NCBI GenBank assembly: GCA_027592755.1
Contig: JAQCLE010000005.1
Location: 11,909 to 75,908 of the forward strand
Source: Bacteroidota bacterium
Lineage (GTDB): Bacteria; Bacteroidota; Bacteroidia; Cytophagales; Cyclobacteriaceae
Direction of reading: 5' to 3'
DNA: 64,000 nucleotides
Made by a program: the position numbers and the translations under genes. A model generated the notes under the pieces. That model made no database searches, had not been told where the DNA came from, and saw nothing but the letters and a program-made list of their open reading frames with translations. Positions 36,437-46,225 of the stretch are shown here, in pieces (the stretch's first letter is position 1; the number at the start of each line of letters is the position of its first letter).

Positions 36437-39400
36437 GTGAGCCAGCGACAAAGAATAGAAATATTTCTATTTCTAATATCGTGTTCCGTCATTCCACACG
36501 GAGAAGCGTTGGCCTATAATCTGGATTTTAGTTTTCAGCAACTACAAGATACCAGCCAGCAAGACACATTGAAGAACAGATTTGAAGCTCCTTATGAACC
36601 CACAAGGCGATCCACTTATGAGCAAAAAGATCGTTTTGGGGATCCTTTCTCCAACTTCACAAGCCCGTCTCCATTGTTGTTGCAAGACCCGGCAAGCCTT
36701 AAGCTGGATGTGGAGATTGATACAAGCATGAATTACACCATTTATGAAAAAGTTGGAGAAGTCAACTACCGGCCAACAAGTACCATGAGTTTTGAAGAAT
36801 TTAACCGCTATCAGAATCAAAGAATTCTCAAAAACTATTGGAAAGAGAGGTCATTGGGTCTGGATGGCGAAAGTGCTGTAAGTGGTAGGTCTCTTATTCC
36901 AAAGCTTTTCATCAGCCCTGTTTTCGATAGAATTTTTGGTGGGAGTTATGTGGACATACAGCCAAATGGATTTGTAAATCTTGATTTTGGAGCCAGATTC
37001 CAGAGGATTGATAATCCGGCAGTACCAGTGCGACAGCAGCGCAATGGCGGGTTTGAATTTAACCAACAGATCTCTATGAATGTCCTGGGGAAGGTTGGTG
37101 AAAAAATGGCAATCACAGCGAATTTTGACAACAATAATTCTTTCGATTTCCAGAACAACCTCAAGGTGGAATACACTGGATATGAGGAAGATATTATAAA
37201 GAAAATTGAATTGGGAAATGTGAGCATGCCTATAGCTAATAGTTTAATCACTGGCGGACAAAGCCTTTTTGGATTCAAGACTCAGCTGCAATTCGGACGT
37301 TTGTTTGTTACGGCCGTGGCATCTCGCATGCAGGGAAGAAATGAAGTGATATCGGTTGACAGTGGCTTTCAGGGTCGTGAGTTCGAATTGCGCGCATCCA
37401 ATTACGAGGAAAACCGCAATTTTTTCCTGGGGCATTTTTTCAGGAATAATTATGAACGATGGCTCTCCGGATTACCCCTGGTTTTATCTGGAATTAACAT
37501 AACCAGGGTGGAAGTATATATTCTTAATCGAAATAACGACACTCAGACCTTGAGAAATATTGTAGCGTTGATGGATTTGGGAGAGGGCCGACGGATTCAT
37601 CAGAGCAGCAACCCCTCAGTTGGTTCAGGCAACAAGGCCGAAAGCAGCAACGACGCCAACGATTTATTTGCCTCACTTATAGCAACGAATGGAATCAGGG
37701 ATGTTGATCAGGTGAGTGATCTGCTTGAAGGTGGAAGTTTCAATTTTGAAAAAACTATTGATTTTGAAAGAGTCACAGCCGCAAGAAAATTGGATGATAG
37801 AGAATATGTAATTAATAAGCAACTCGGCTATATCTCACTTCTTAGGCGGCTACAAAATGATGAAGTCCTGGCGGTCTCTTATGAATACACCTTCAACGGG
37901 CAGAGGTTTAAGGTTGGTGAACTAACTGAAGATTATGCCAATAGACCAGAAGATCAGGTGGTGATCATGAAATTAATTCGTCCTACACGAATCAATACGC
38001 GGGTTCCATCATGGGATCTAATGATGAAAAATATTTATAATCTGGGAGCAAATCAGGTGGATAGAGAAGGTTTCACTTTACGCATCCACTATCGTGATGA
38101 CCTAACAGGTATTGATAATCCCAGTCTGCATCAAGGAGCCCTCACCAAGGATATCCCGTTAATCCGAATCACAAAGCTCGACCAGTTAAATCCGAATAAT
38201 GACCCACAACCCGACGGTAATTTTGACTACATCGAAGGCGTCACCATTGACAGTAAGAATGGAAATATAATCTTTCCGGTACTTGAACCTTTTGGATCAA
38301 CTCTCCGGGCACGGTTTGATCCTATTGCTGAAAGAAACCTTATTGACAAGTTTGTGTACGATACATTGTATCATACAACCAAGGCTGAGGCTAAATTGGT
38401 GGCATCTAAAAACAAGTTTTATATTCTTGGAAGATTTAATGCCGGGTCATCGAACGAGATTGCACTTCCCGGAATAAACATTGCAGAAGGTTCAGTTATT
38501 GTCACAGCTGGGAATACCCCACTTACTGAAGGCCTTGATTATACCGTGGACTATAACCTTGGAAAGGTACGAATCATTAATGCTGGCATATTGAGTTCTG
38601 GAAAGCAAATAGACATTGCTTATGAAAAAGCCGATTTATTTAATTTCCAGACCCGATGGTTGACCGGTGCAAGATTTGATTACAAAATCAGCGACAAAAT
38701 TAACTTTGGAGCTACAGTTTTACATATGAACGAACGTCCCGGCGGGATATCCCGGTTCAGTGTTGGGAACGAACCTACGCGAAATACCAAATACGGTTTT
38801 GATGTCAATTTCACCCAGGACTCAAGGTTACTTACCAAAATGGTCGATGCGATTCCAATTCTTAGTACGAAAGAACGGTCTACAGTTACGTTCAGCGGCG
38901 AATTTGCCCAGATACTTCCGGGCACTTCTAATATCGTTGATGGAGAAGGGACTTCATATGTTGACGATTTTGAATCCGCTACCACACCATTTAATCTCGG
39001 AGGAAGTGGTAGTGTCCTTAAATGGAAGCTGGCGTCAACACCCGAGACTGACGAAAACCGATTTGATTTATCAAATCAAACGGGATCTGTTTTAGGCTAT
39101 GCTCATCGTCGGGCTAAATTAGCCTGGTATTCTATAGACAATATTTTCTACCGGACCGGGGGGCCTAATAGGCCGAATAACATTTCGACAGAAGATCGTG
39201 AAAATAATTATGTAAGAGGAATTGCCCCTCAAGAAATTTTCCCAAGCCAGGACAGGCAGGTTATCAACACTTTTTTGCCTGTTTTTGATATGACTTATTT
39301 TCCGAAGGAACGAGGTCAATACAATTACTCGACTGATGTTGATAACAATGGAGATCTTCGTGATCCCCAAAGAAATTGGGGTGGTATTACCCAGGCCATT

Positions 39401-42400
39401 ACCAGCGATGTTGATTTTGACAAAACTAATATTGAATACATCGAATTTTGGATGATGGATCCGTTTATAACCGGTGGTAACGGAAGAGATGCACTTTTTG
39501 ACATAACTGCGACCCAGGCCAGGGCTGGAGGTGACCTATATTTCAATTTGGGCAATATTTCTGAAGATGTAATCAAAGATGGCCGACATTTCTTCGAAAA
39601 TGGTTTACCAGCCGATGGTGACCCTGTAAAAGCCATTACAACTGAATGGGGCAGGGTTACCAATGAACAATTCCTTACCGAGTATTTCGATAATACTACC
39701 AGCTCTCGGGTTAACCAGGATGTTGGTCTTGATGGATTAAAAAATGATGATGAGGTGGGTTTCTTCCAAAATGCATTTATTAATAACCTCAATATTTCTG
39801 GAGAGCCATTGGAAAAAGTAATCAACGACCCATCTGGGGATAATTTCTTCCACTACCTCGATCCAATTCACGAGGATTTGGATAATAAAATAATTGATAG
39901 GTATAAGAACTGGAACGGGATGGATGGCAATTCACCAATAAGTAACAATCGTGGATTCACTACATCTGCTACCAATTTACCCGACAATGAGGATCTGAAT
40001 AATGACAATTCAATAAGCGACCTTGAGGCTTATTATGAATATAAGGTACCCTTGCGCCCATCAGAACTTGAAGTGGGAAGAAATAACATAGTTGACAAAC
40101 AAGAAAACAACGGGGTTACCTGGTATTTGTTCAGGATTCCTGTAAGAAACCCCAGTCGCATTCAAGGCACAATTGATGGTTTCAAGTCCATCAGATATCT
40201 AAGGACTTATTTAACCGGTTTCGCAGATCCCGTCGTCTTGAGGATGGCCAAGTTCCAGTTAGTTGGCAGTCAATGGAGGAAATTCAATCAAAACCTTTTT
40301 CAGAAGGGATTGAATGAAGTTCCCGAAGAAAGTTCATCTGATTTCTTAGTTTCTGTGGTCAACATTGAAGAAAACAGTTCAGGGAGTGAAAAAAGCTCAC
40401 CTTATACAATACCACCTGGCATTAACCGTGACAGAGATAACACCTCCCCGATATTTAGAAGGATTAATGAACAGTCATTGCAAGTGTGTGTCGATGATTT
40501 GAGCGATCGCGACGCGAGGGCTGTATATAAAAATGTGGATCTCGACCTGATCAACTATGGAAGGTTGAAAATGTTCTTGCATGCAGACGGCTCGAATGTT
40601 AAAGACGACGAGTTAACAGGTTTCCTTCGACTGGGTACTGATTTCGTTGAAAACTACTACGAAATTGAAATCCCGTTAAAGGTTACTCCTTTTGGTACAA
40701 GCCCTAATGACTATTCTGAGAGTGATTTGAGAAGGATTGTATGGCCTCAGGAAAATGAAATAGACATAGAAATTGATGCCCTTTTAACGCTTAAGTCAAG
40801 GAGAAATATTCAAAATGTAAGCCAGGAATTGCTTTTTAGTGATTCTGTCGGACATCAGAAGATCACTGTCCGCGGTAATCCTGATATTAGTTCTGTGCAG
40901 ATACTTATGATTGGTATTAGAAACCCTGAAAGTGCTGATCAGGCCCCCAAAAGCGCTTGTTTATGGGCGAATGAAATGCGGGTTACAGATTTCAATAAGA
41001 GGGCAGGTTGGGCGGCAAATGGACGCATGAATGTCAAACTCGCTGATATAGCCAATATCACAACTTCCGGAAGGTACGTTTCAAATGATTTTGGTGGTAT
41101 TCAACAAAGGATTTCAGAGCGAACCCGCGAAGAAACAAAAGAATATGATATTTCGGCAAGTATCAATGTGGACAAATTTATCCCGGGTGAGCATGGGATA
41201 AAAATACCCATGTTTGTCAGCCTTGAGAAAAGTGTGGCTACTCCAAAATTCGACCCAACCGACCCGGATACTCCTCTAAAAAATTCAATCAATGCTATAG
41301 CAAGTCCAAACGAGTCAGACAGGTTTTTAAGGATCGTACAGGACAGATCAGAAAGGCGAAGTATCAACTTCACGAATATTAGGAAGGAAAAAGTGAACCC
41401 TGAAGCAAGGAGCCATATTTATGATGTTGAAAACTTGTCGTTTACATATTCATTCAGCGAGTTGACACGCAGTAATGTGAATACAGCGGAATATGTTCAA
41501 AGAACTTATCATGGAGGTCTGGCCTATAATTACAGTCCGGTCGATTTGACCATCGAGCCATTTCAAAATATTGGATTTCTCGACAACCCTTTTTTACAGC
41601 TTATTAAAGATTTTAATTTCAACCCCATTCCCAGTAACCTGAGTTTCAGGGCGGACTTGGATCGACGTTTTACACGAACACAACTAAGAAATGGAGATTT
41701 AACAACCGATGGGATTGACCCATTTTTTGAGAAATATTTTACGTTCAATAGGTTATATAATTTACGATGGAACCTGACACGTAGTCTCAGTTTGGACTAT
41801 AATGCCCGGACAAATGCAATTATTGATGAGCCTTTCGGAAATCTTGATACCCAGGAGAAGAGGGATTCTGTTCGAACTAATCTGAGAAATTTCGGTCGGA
41901 TGAAGAATTTTAATCAAAACGTTACGGCTACTTACCGCCTGCCACTCGATAAATTTCCATTAACCGACTGGACCAGCGCAGATGTGAGGTACTCCGCTGG
42001 TTATATTTGGACAGCAGGATCATTTGAACAGGCAGATACCCTTGGGAATATTATTCAAAACAGCCGTGAAAAGGGGGCAAATGGAAAAGTTGACCTGGTC
42101 AAACTTTACAACAAAATAAAATTTCTAAAAGACATCAATACACCAGCACGTCCAACTGCAAGTAGGGGGAAGGAGCCTGTAAAAAACGATACTACTAAGT
42201 CAGGAACTCCGGGTGTTATTAAAGGCCTCTTCCGGTTGATGATGTCAGTGCGCTCAGTCAATGTTAGCTATAGCATACGTGAAGGAACAATTCTTCCAGG
42301 GTTTCGCCCCAGGGCTTACTTGTTTGGTATGGACAGTTCATTTTCGGCGCCAGGCGCTGCTTTTATTTTTGGTAGCCAGGATCCTGATATTAGGTTTAAA

Positions 42401-43588
42401 GCTGCCCGTGAAGGCTGGCTTGCCAGGAGTCAGGTACTCACTCAATCGTTCTCACAAAATCTTACTACAGATTTAAATCTAAGAGCTCAGGTGGAACCAT
42501 TGCGTGATCTGAAAATTCAGCTTGATGCAAAGAAATCAGTTTCAGGTGATTTCCAGGAGATTTACCGTTTTGATCCGAACGGAGATCCCAACATAAACAA
42601 TGGATTTATTTCATTAAAACCCTCCAGATCAGGTAGTTACAGCGTTTCCTTCTTTTCAATTAGAACGGCATTCATTAAAGATGGAAAGGATTACCAATCA
42701 CCAACATTCCAGGATTTTGAGTCAAATAGAGCCATAATTAGAGCCAGATTGATGGCCTTAAATCCTGGAGGAGAATACGGCTTAAACTCACAGGACGTTC
42801 TCATCCCTTCTTTCATCGCAGCATATGGAGGTACAAGTGCGGATAATTTGGCATTGAATCCTTTTCCTAAAACACCCCTTCCGAATTGGAGAGTCGATTA
42901 TGCTGGATTATCCAAAATTCCTGCATTATCGGCGGTGTTTTCTTCAATCAATTTGACACACAGCTATTCCTCAACGTTTTCTATTAATAATTTCACGAAC
43001 TCGTTGTTATATGATCAAGATCTGGAGCTAAGTAATAGTCTTACACGCTATCCATTAGCCACTGAATCAAATGATAGCGGTCTTATTCCAGTTTATGTTA
43101 TTAGCCAGGTAAATATTCAGGAAAGATTTGCACCATTGATTGGTCTTAATGTCAGAACAAAAACAAGGGTTACTGCCAGAGTCGAATACAGGAAAGAAAG
43201 GAGTCTGAGCCTTCAATTGTCAAATAGTCAGGTAACAGAAATGAGGAGCAGTGATGTTTCTCTGGATTTTGGATGGACTAAAGCAGATTGGAAGTTTCCG
43301 TTCAAGATACAAGGCAGAACAATAACTGTTAAAAATGACATTACTTTCAGGATGAATTTCACAATTCGCGACACACAGTCATTACAAAGGAGAATCGATG
43401 AAGATGCGACTATAACACAAGGAAATATCAATATCCAGCTTCGACCAACTATAAGTTATCTTGTTAATGAAAAATTAAATGTCATGGCATTTTTTGAAAG
43501 AAGCATTAATGAACCACGTGTATCAAATTCTTATAAGAGGGCCAATACCTCCGCAGGAATACAGGTTCGTTTCAGTTTGAGTCAATAA
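36437..43588 (+). CDS. sprA: T9SS translocon / cell-surface protein SprA (Sov homologue)
   Basis: 2383 aa with a GTG start. The giant beta-rich protein ends in an aromatic-rich barrel strand. The ruvA-sprA-gcvH-vanZ context is, as I recall, widely conserved in Bacteroidota. Size and composition match SprA (about 2400 aa). Confidence 0.85.
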   Translation: MSQRQRIEIFLFLISCSVIPHGEALAYNLDFSFQQLQDTSQQDTLKNRFEAPYEPTRRSTYEQKDRFGDPFSNFTSPSPLLLQDPASLKLDVEIDTSMNYTIYEKVGEVNYRPTSTMSFEEFNRYQNQRILKNYWKERSLGLDGESAVSGRSLIPKLFISPVFDRIFGGSYVDIQPNGFVNLDFGARFQRIDNPAVPVRQQRNGGFEFNQQISMNVLGKVGEKMAITANFDNNNSFDFQNNLKVEYTGYEEDIIKKIELGNVSMPIANSLITGGQSLFGFKTQLQFGRLFVTAVASRMQGRNEVISVDSGFQGREFELRASNYEENRNFFLGHFFRNNYERWLSGLPLVLSGINITRVEVYILNRNNDTQTLRNIVALMDLGEGRRIHQSSNPSVGSGNKAESSNDANDLFASLIATNGIRDVDQVSDLLEGGSFNFEKTIDFERVTAARKLDDREYVINKQLGYISLLRRLQNDEVLAVSYEYTFNGQRFKVGELTEDYANRPEDQVVIMKLIRPTRINTRVPSWDLMMKNIYNLGANQVDREGFTLRIHYRDDLTGIDNPSLHQGALTKDIPLIRITKLDQLNPNNDPQPDGNFDYIEGVTIDSKNGNIIFPVLEPFGSTLRARFDPIAERNLIDKFVYDTLYHTTKAEAKLVASKNKFYILGRFNAGSSNEIALPGINIAEGSVIVTAGNTPLTEGLDYTVDYNLGKVRIINAGILSSGKQIDIAYEKADLFNFQTRWLTGARFDYKISDKINFGATVLHMNERPGGISRFSVGNEPTRNTKYGFDVNFTQDSRLLTKMVDAIPILSTKERSTVTFSGEFAQILPGTSNIVDGEGTSYVDDFESATTPFNLGGSGSVLKWKLASTPETDENRFDLSNQTGSVLGYAHRRAKLAWYSIDNIFYRTGGPNRPNNISTEDRENNYVRGIAPQEIFPSQDRQVINTFLPVFDMTYFPKERGQYNYSTDVDNNGDLRDPQRNWGGITQAITSDVDFDKTNIEYIEFWMMDPFITGGNGRDALFDITATQARAGGDLYFNLGNISEDVIKDGRHFFENGLPADGDPVKAITTEWGRVTNEQFLTEYFDNTTSSRVNQDVGLDGLKNDDEVGFFQNAFINNLNISGEPLEKVINDPSGDNFFHYLDPIHEDLDNKIIDRYKNWNGMDGNSPISNNRGFTTSATNLPDNEDLNNDNSISDLEAYYEYKVPLRPSELEVGRNNIVDKQENNGVTWYLFRIPVRNPSRIQGTIDGFKSIRYLRTYLTGFADPVVLRMAKFQLVGSQWRKFNQNLFQKGLNEVPEESSSDFLVSVVNIEENSSGSEKSSPYTIPPGINRDRDNTSPIFRRINEQSLQVCVDDLSDRDARAVYKNVDLDLINYGRLKMFLHADGSNVKDDELTGFLRLGTDFVENYYEIEIPLKVTPFGTSPNDYSESDLRRIVWPQENEIDIEIDALLTLKSRRNIQNVSQELLFSDSVGHQKITVRGNPDISSVQILMIGIRNPESADQAPKSACLWANEMRVTDFNKRAGWAANGRMNVKLADIANITTSGRYVSNDFGGIQQRISERTREETKEYDISASINVDKFIPGEHGIKIPMFVSLEKSVATPKFDPTDPDTPLKNSINAIASPNESDRFLRIVQDRSERRSINFTNIRKEKVNPEARSHIYDVENLSFTYSFSELTRSNVNTAEYVQRTYHGGLAYNYSPVDLTIEPFQNIGFLDNPFLQLIKDFNFNPIPSNLSFRADLDRRFTRTQLRNGDLTTDGIDPFFEKYFTFNRLYNLRWNLTRSLSLDYNARTNAIIDEPFGNLDTQEKRDSVRTNLRNFGRMKNFNQNVTATYRLPLDKFPLTDWTSADVRYSAGYIWTAGSFEQADTLGNIIQNSREKGANGKVDLVKLYNKIKFLKDINTPARPTASRGKEPVKNDTTKSGTPGVIKGLFRLMMSVRSVNVSYSIREGTILPGFRPRAYLFGMDSSFSAPGAAFIFGSQDPDIRFKAAREGWLARSQVLTQSFSQNLTTDLNLRAQVEPLRDLKIQLDAKKSVSGDFQEIYRFDPNGDPNINNGFISLKPSRSGSYSVSFFSIRTAFIKDGKDYQSPTFQDFESNRAIIRARLMALNPGGEYGLNSQDVLIPSFIAAYGGTSADNLALNPFPKTPLPNWRVDYAGLSKIPALSAVFSSINLTHSYSSTFSINNFTNSLLYDQDLELSNSLTRYPLATESNDSGLIPVYVISQVNIQERFAPLIGLNVRTKTRVTARVEYRKERSLSLQLSNSQVTEMRSSDVSLDFGWTKADWKFPFKIQGRTITVKNDITFRMNFTIRDTQSLQRRIDEDATITQGNINIQLRPTISYLVNEKLNVMAFFERSINEPRVSNSYKRANTSAGIQVRFSLSQ

Positions 43589-43654
43589 GTTGGCTTTTAC
43601 ATTTTTCCACTGGTGAATTCACCTTATTTTTGACCACATAAAATTTAGTATAAT

Positions 43655-44032
43655 ATGAATATCCCCTCAGATTTAAAATATACAAAAGACCACGAATGGG
43701 TGAGAATTGAAGGCAACAATGCCACAATTGGAATTACCGATTTTGCGCAAAAAGAATTGGGAGATATCGTATTTGTTGAAATTGAAACTGAGGGGGAAGA
43801 AGTTGAATCAGGGGAGGTTTTTGGCACTGTTGAAGCAGTGAAAACAGTTTCAGACTTGTTTATGCCATTAAAGGGTAAAGTCCTGGAAAAAAATCCCGAA
43901 ATAGATGATAAGCCAGAGATGGTTAATGATGATCCATATGGTAGTGGGTGGATGATCCGGATTAAGATTTTGGATACTACTGCGATTGAAACCCTTCTTA
44001 GTGCTGAAAATTATAAGTCCCTTGTTGAGTAG
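43655..44032 (+). CDS. gcvH: glycine cleavage system H protein
   Basis: 125 aa with YTKDHEWV and the lipoyl-lysine motif VEAVKTVSDL. Confidence 0.92.
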   Translation: MNIPSDLKYTKDHEWVRIEGNNATIGITDFAQKELGDIVFVEIETEGEEVESGEVFGTVEAVKTVSDLFMPLKGKVLEKNPEIDDKPEMVNDDPYGSGWMIRIKILDTTAIETLLSAENYKSLVE

Positions 44033-44399
44033 GAGAATCATTATTTCCCGCTTGCTGTTGGGGATATGGGTCGTTTTACTGAGCTGGTTAATGCTTTCGC
44101 CATTAGACAGTATTCCTACTTTTGAATTTCTGAATTGGCCAGAGGCGGACAAATTAGTACATGGAACAAGCTTTGCCATTCTGGGCATGCTATCAGTTTC
44201 TAGTTTAGGAGAAAGTCAGCAACGGTTTATCCTAATTCTTATCATATGGTCTGTTTATGCTATGATGGTCGAAATATTTCAGTTCTATATTCCGGGGCGC
44301 TCATTCGAAATACTTGATATTTTGGCTGATGTCATAGGAGCCATTGTCGGATATTTTGCATTTATTCAATTTAACAATATAAAGCAAGGAAATCTTTAG
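43986..44399 (+). CDS. VanZ-like family membrane protein
   Basis: Four TM segments with ADKLVHGTSFAILG and ILDILADVIGAIVGY patterns. The start is uncertain: the TTG at 43986 overlaps gcvH by 47 nt, and the alternatives are GTG 44001 or TTG 44022/44025. Confidence 0.65.
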   Translation: MKPFLVLKIISPLLSRRIIISRLLLGIWVVLLSWLMLSPLDSIPTFEFLNWPEADKLVHGTSFAILGMLSVSSLGESQQRFILILIIWSVYAMMVEIFQFYIPGRSFEILDILADVIGAIVGYFAFIQFNNIKQGNL

Positions 44400-44451
44400 C
44401 TTAAAAGGAGAAACCTCTTTATTTTTGGAATAATCATTAAAAAATAAAAGT

Positions 44452-45264
44452 ATGGGATCATTAGTTGCAATACTCGTTTTCTTTCTAATGCTGATAGCTA
44501 TATGCGCAGGAATTGTAATGCTATTTAAGATGATTATGGATAATGCCGTAAAAAAAGCTGCGGAAACTGATCATCCTGAAAAAAGCTTACCCTTGTTGAA
44601 GAAATATAGTTATACGAATATTTCGAATTACACAAGATTATTTATGAATTTGGGTTTGACGATATCATTGGGATTTATCGTCCTTGCCTTTGAATACAAA
44701 TCATATGACGATGGCTCATTGGTTGATTTGGGCCAAGTAGATGATAATTTTGAAGATTTGATGGAGATTCCACTAACCGAACAGCCACCTCCACCTCCGC
44801 CAAAAATTCAATTGCCTCAAATAATTGAGGTTCCTGATGAGGAAGAAATTGAGGATGAAATTGATGTTGAAATAGATGTTGAAATAGCGGAAGAAACAGT
44901 TATTGAGGATGTTGTTTTCGATGAGGCTCCTGAAGAGGAAGTTGCAGATGAAATATTTACCATAGTTGAAGATCAACCTGAGCCCATTGGCGGTATGCGT
45001 TCCTTTTATGAATATGTAGGTAAAAGACTTAAGTATCCCAATCAAGCCAGAAGAATGGGCATAGAAGGAAAAGTTTTTGTTCAGTTTGTGGTGGACAAAG
45101 ACGGAAAACTAAATGACGTTCAGGCGGTAAAGGGAATAGGTGCTGGTTGCGATGAAGAAGCTGTTAGAGTTATCAGCGGGGCTCCAAATTGGAAGCCAGG
45201 TAAGCAAAGGGGTAGACCGGTAAAGGTGCGGATGATTCTCCCGATAACATTCAAATTAGGATAA
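44452..45264 (+). CDS. tonB: energy transducer TonB
   Basis: 270 aa with an N-terminal TM anchor, a PPPPPPK proline tract, an acidic E/D/I/V-rich linker and the C-terminal TonB domain (YPNQARRMGIEGKVFVQFVVDKDG...PVKVRMILPITF). Confidence 0.8.
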   Translation: MGSLVAILVFFLMLIAICAGIVMLFKMIMDNAVKKAAETDHPEKSLPLLKKYSYTNISNYTRLFMNLGLTISLGFIVLAFEYKSYDDGSLVDLGQVDDNFEDLMEIPLTEQPPPPPPKIQLPQIIEVPDEEEIEDEIDVEIDVEIAEETVIEDVVFDEAPEEEVADEIFTIVEDQPEPIGGMRSFYEYVGKRLKYPNQARRMGIEGKVFVQFVVDKDGKLNDVQAVKGIGAGCDEEAVRVISGAPNWKPGKQRGRPVKVRMILPITFKLG

Positions 45265-45269
45265 CATTG

Positions 45270-45296
45270 AAACCCCGGCAGATACCGGGGTTTTTT
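45270..45296 (+). terminator. Rho-independent terminator after tonB
   Basis: The sequence is AAACCCCGG-CAGATA-CCGGGGTTT followed by further Ts. Confidence 0.6.
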
Positions 45297-45298
45297 GT

Positions 45299-46171
45299 TT
45301 AGAGGATATTCAGCAATTGTTCCCTGATTTTCTCAAGCTCCTCTTTCATTTCAACGATAAGATGCTGAATTTTTGAATCATTGGCTTTTGAGCCAATGGT
45401 GTTAATCTCCCTGCCAATCTCCTGTGTAATAAAACCAAGTTTTTTACCTTGGGAGACATCGGAATCCATTGCGCTAAGAAAATAATCAAGGTGATTTTTT
45501 AACCTTGTTTTTTCTTCGTTAATGTCGAGTTTTTCGAGGAAATAGATTGCTTCTTGTTCAAACCTATTCTTATCAATCTCCCCCTTGCTAATATACTGCT
45601 GGAGATTACCCTCGATTCTTTTCATAATTCCCTCGACTCGGGATGGATCTAATGAGCCTATTTCAACTAAACTGCGCTTGATTTTATCAATATTTTCGAT
45701 TATTGCTGGATTCAGGGCTTCACCCTCCGCCTTTCGAAAAGTATCACATGCCAATAGGGCTTCCAGGATTGCTTTTTTGACTTGGTGCCAGTTTTTATCA
45801 TCTTCTCCCTCAACTGCATGACCAATTACTTCGGGCATTTGAAGTGCCAAATGAAATATATCAGCATTGTCTTCGCCAGCTTTCTCACGCAAAGATTTTA
45901 AACTCCCATAATACTGAAGAAAAAGTTCTTCATTTATAACAGACTTTGCTTGGGCAGTTGCATTTTCAACTTCAATAGAGATACTAACTTTGCCTCTTTG
46001 CAATATTTCAACTGCCAGGGCTTTGATTTCAAGTTCCCTAAATGCAAATTGTCGAGGAATCTTTAGCAGCGTATCAATGAATTTGGAGTTCAAACTCCTT
46101 ACTTCTACTGTAATTGTGCGGCCATCATGCTCAAAAGACGATGCCCCGTACCCGGTCATTGATTTTATCAT
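45299..46171 (-). CDS. yicC: YicC family stress-induced protein
   Basis: 290 aa with MIKSMTGYG at the N-terminus and the C-terminal GKKLGFITQEIGREINTIGSKAND motif. Confidence 0.85.
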   Translation of the reverse strand: MIKSMTGYGASSFEHDGRTITVEVRSLNSKFIDTLLKIPRQFAFRELEIKALAVEILQRGKVSISIEVENATAQAKSVINEELFLQYYGSLKSLREKAGEDNADIFHLALQMPEVIGHAVEGEDDKNWHQVKKAILEALLACDTFRKAEGEALNPAIIENIDKIKRSLVEIGSLDPSRVEGIMKRIEGNLQQYISKGEIDKNRFEQEAIYFLEKLDINEEKTRLKNHLDYFLSAMDSDVSQGKKLGFITQEIGREINTIGSKANDSKIQHLIVEMKEELEKIREQLLNIL

Positions 46172-46225
46172 GGGTCAAGATTAATAACTTGGCCTGTAAT
46201 GCACAATAATATCCAATTAGATGAA

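Noticed and set aside
43589-43654. A possible glycine riboswitch upstream of gcvH.
   Set aside because: The spacer is only 66 nt and has no recognisable glycine-aptamer core. It contains just a GGTGAATTCACC palindrome, which probably ends the sprA transcript.
44840-44900. A short tandem nucleotide repeat (GATGTTGAAATA x2) in tonB.
   Set aside because: It encodes the acidic DVEI repeat of the TonB linker. This is ordinary low-complexity linker sequence.
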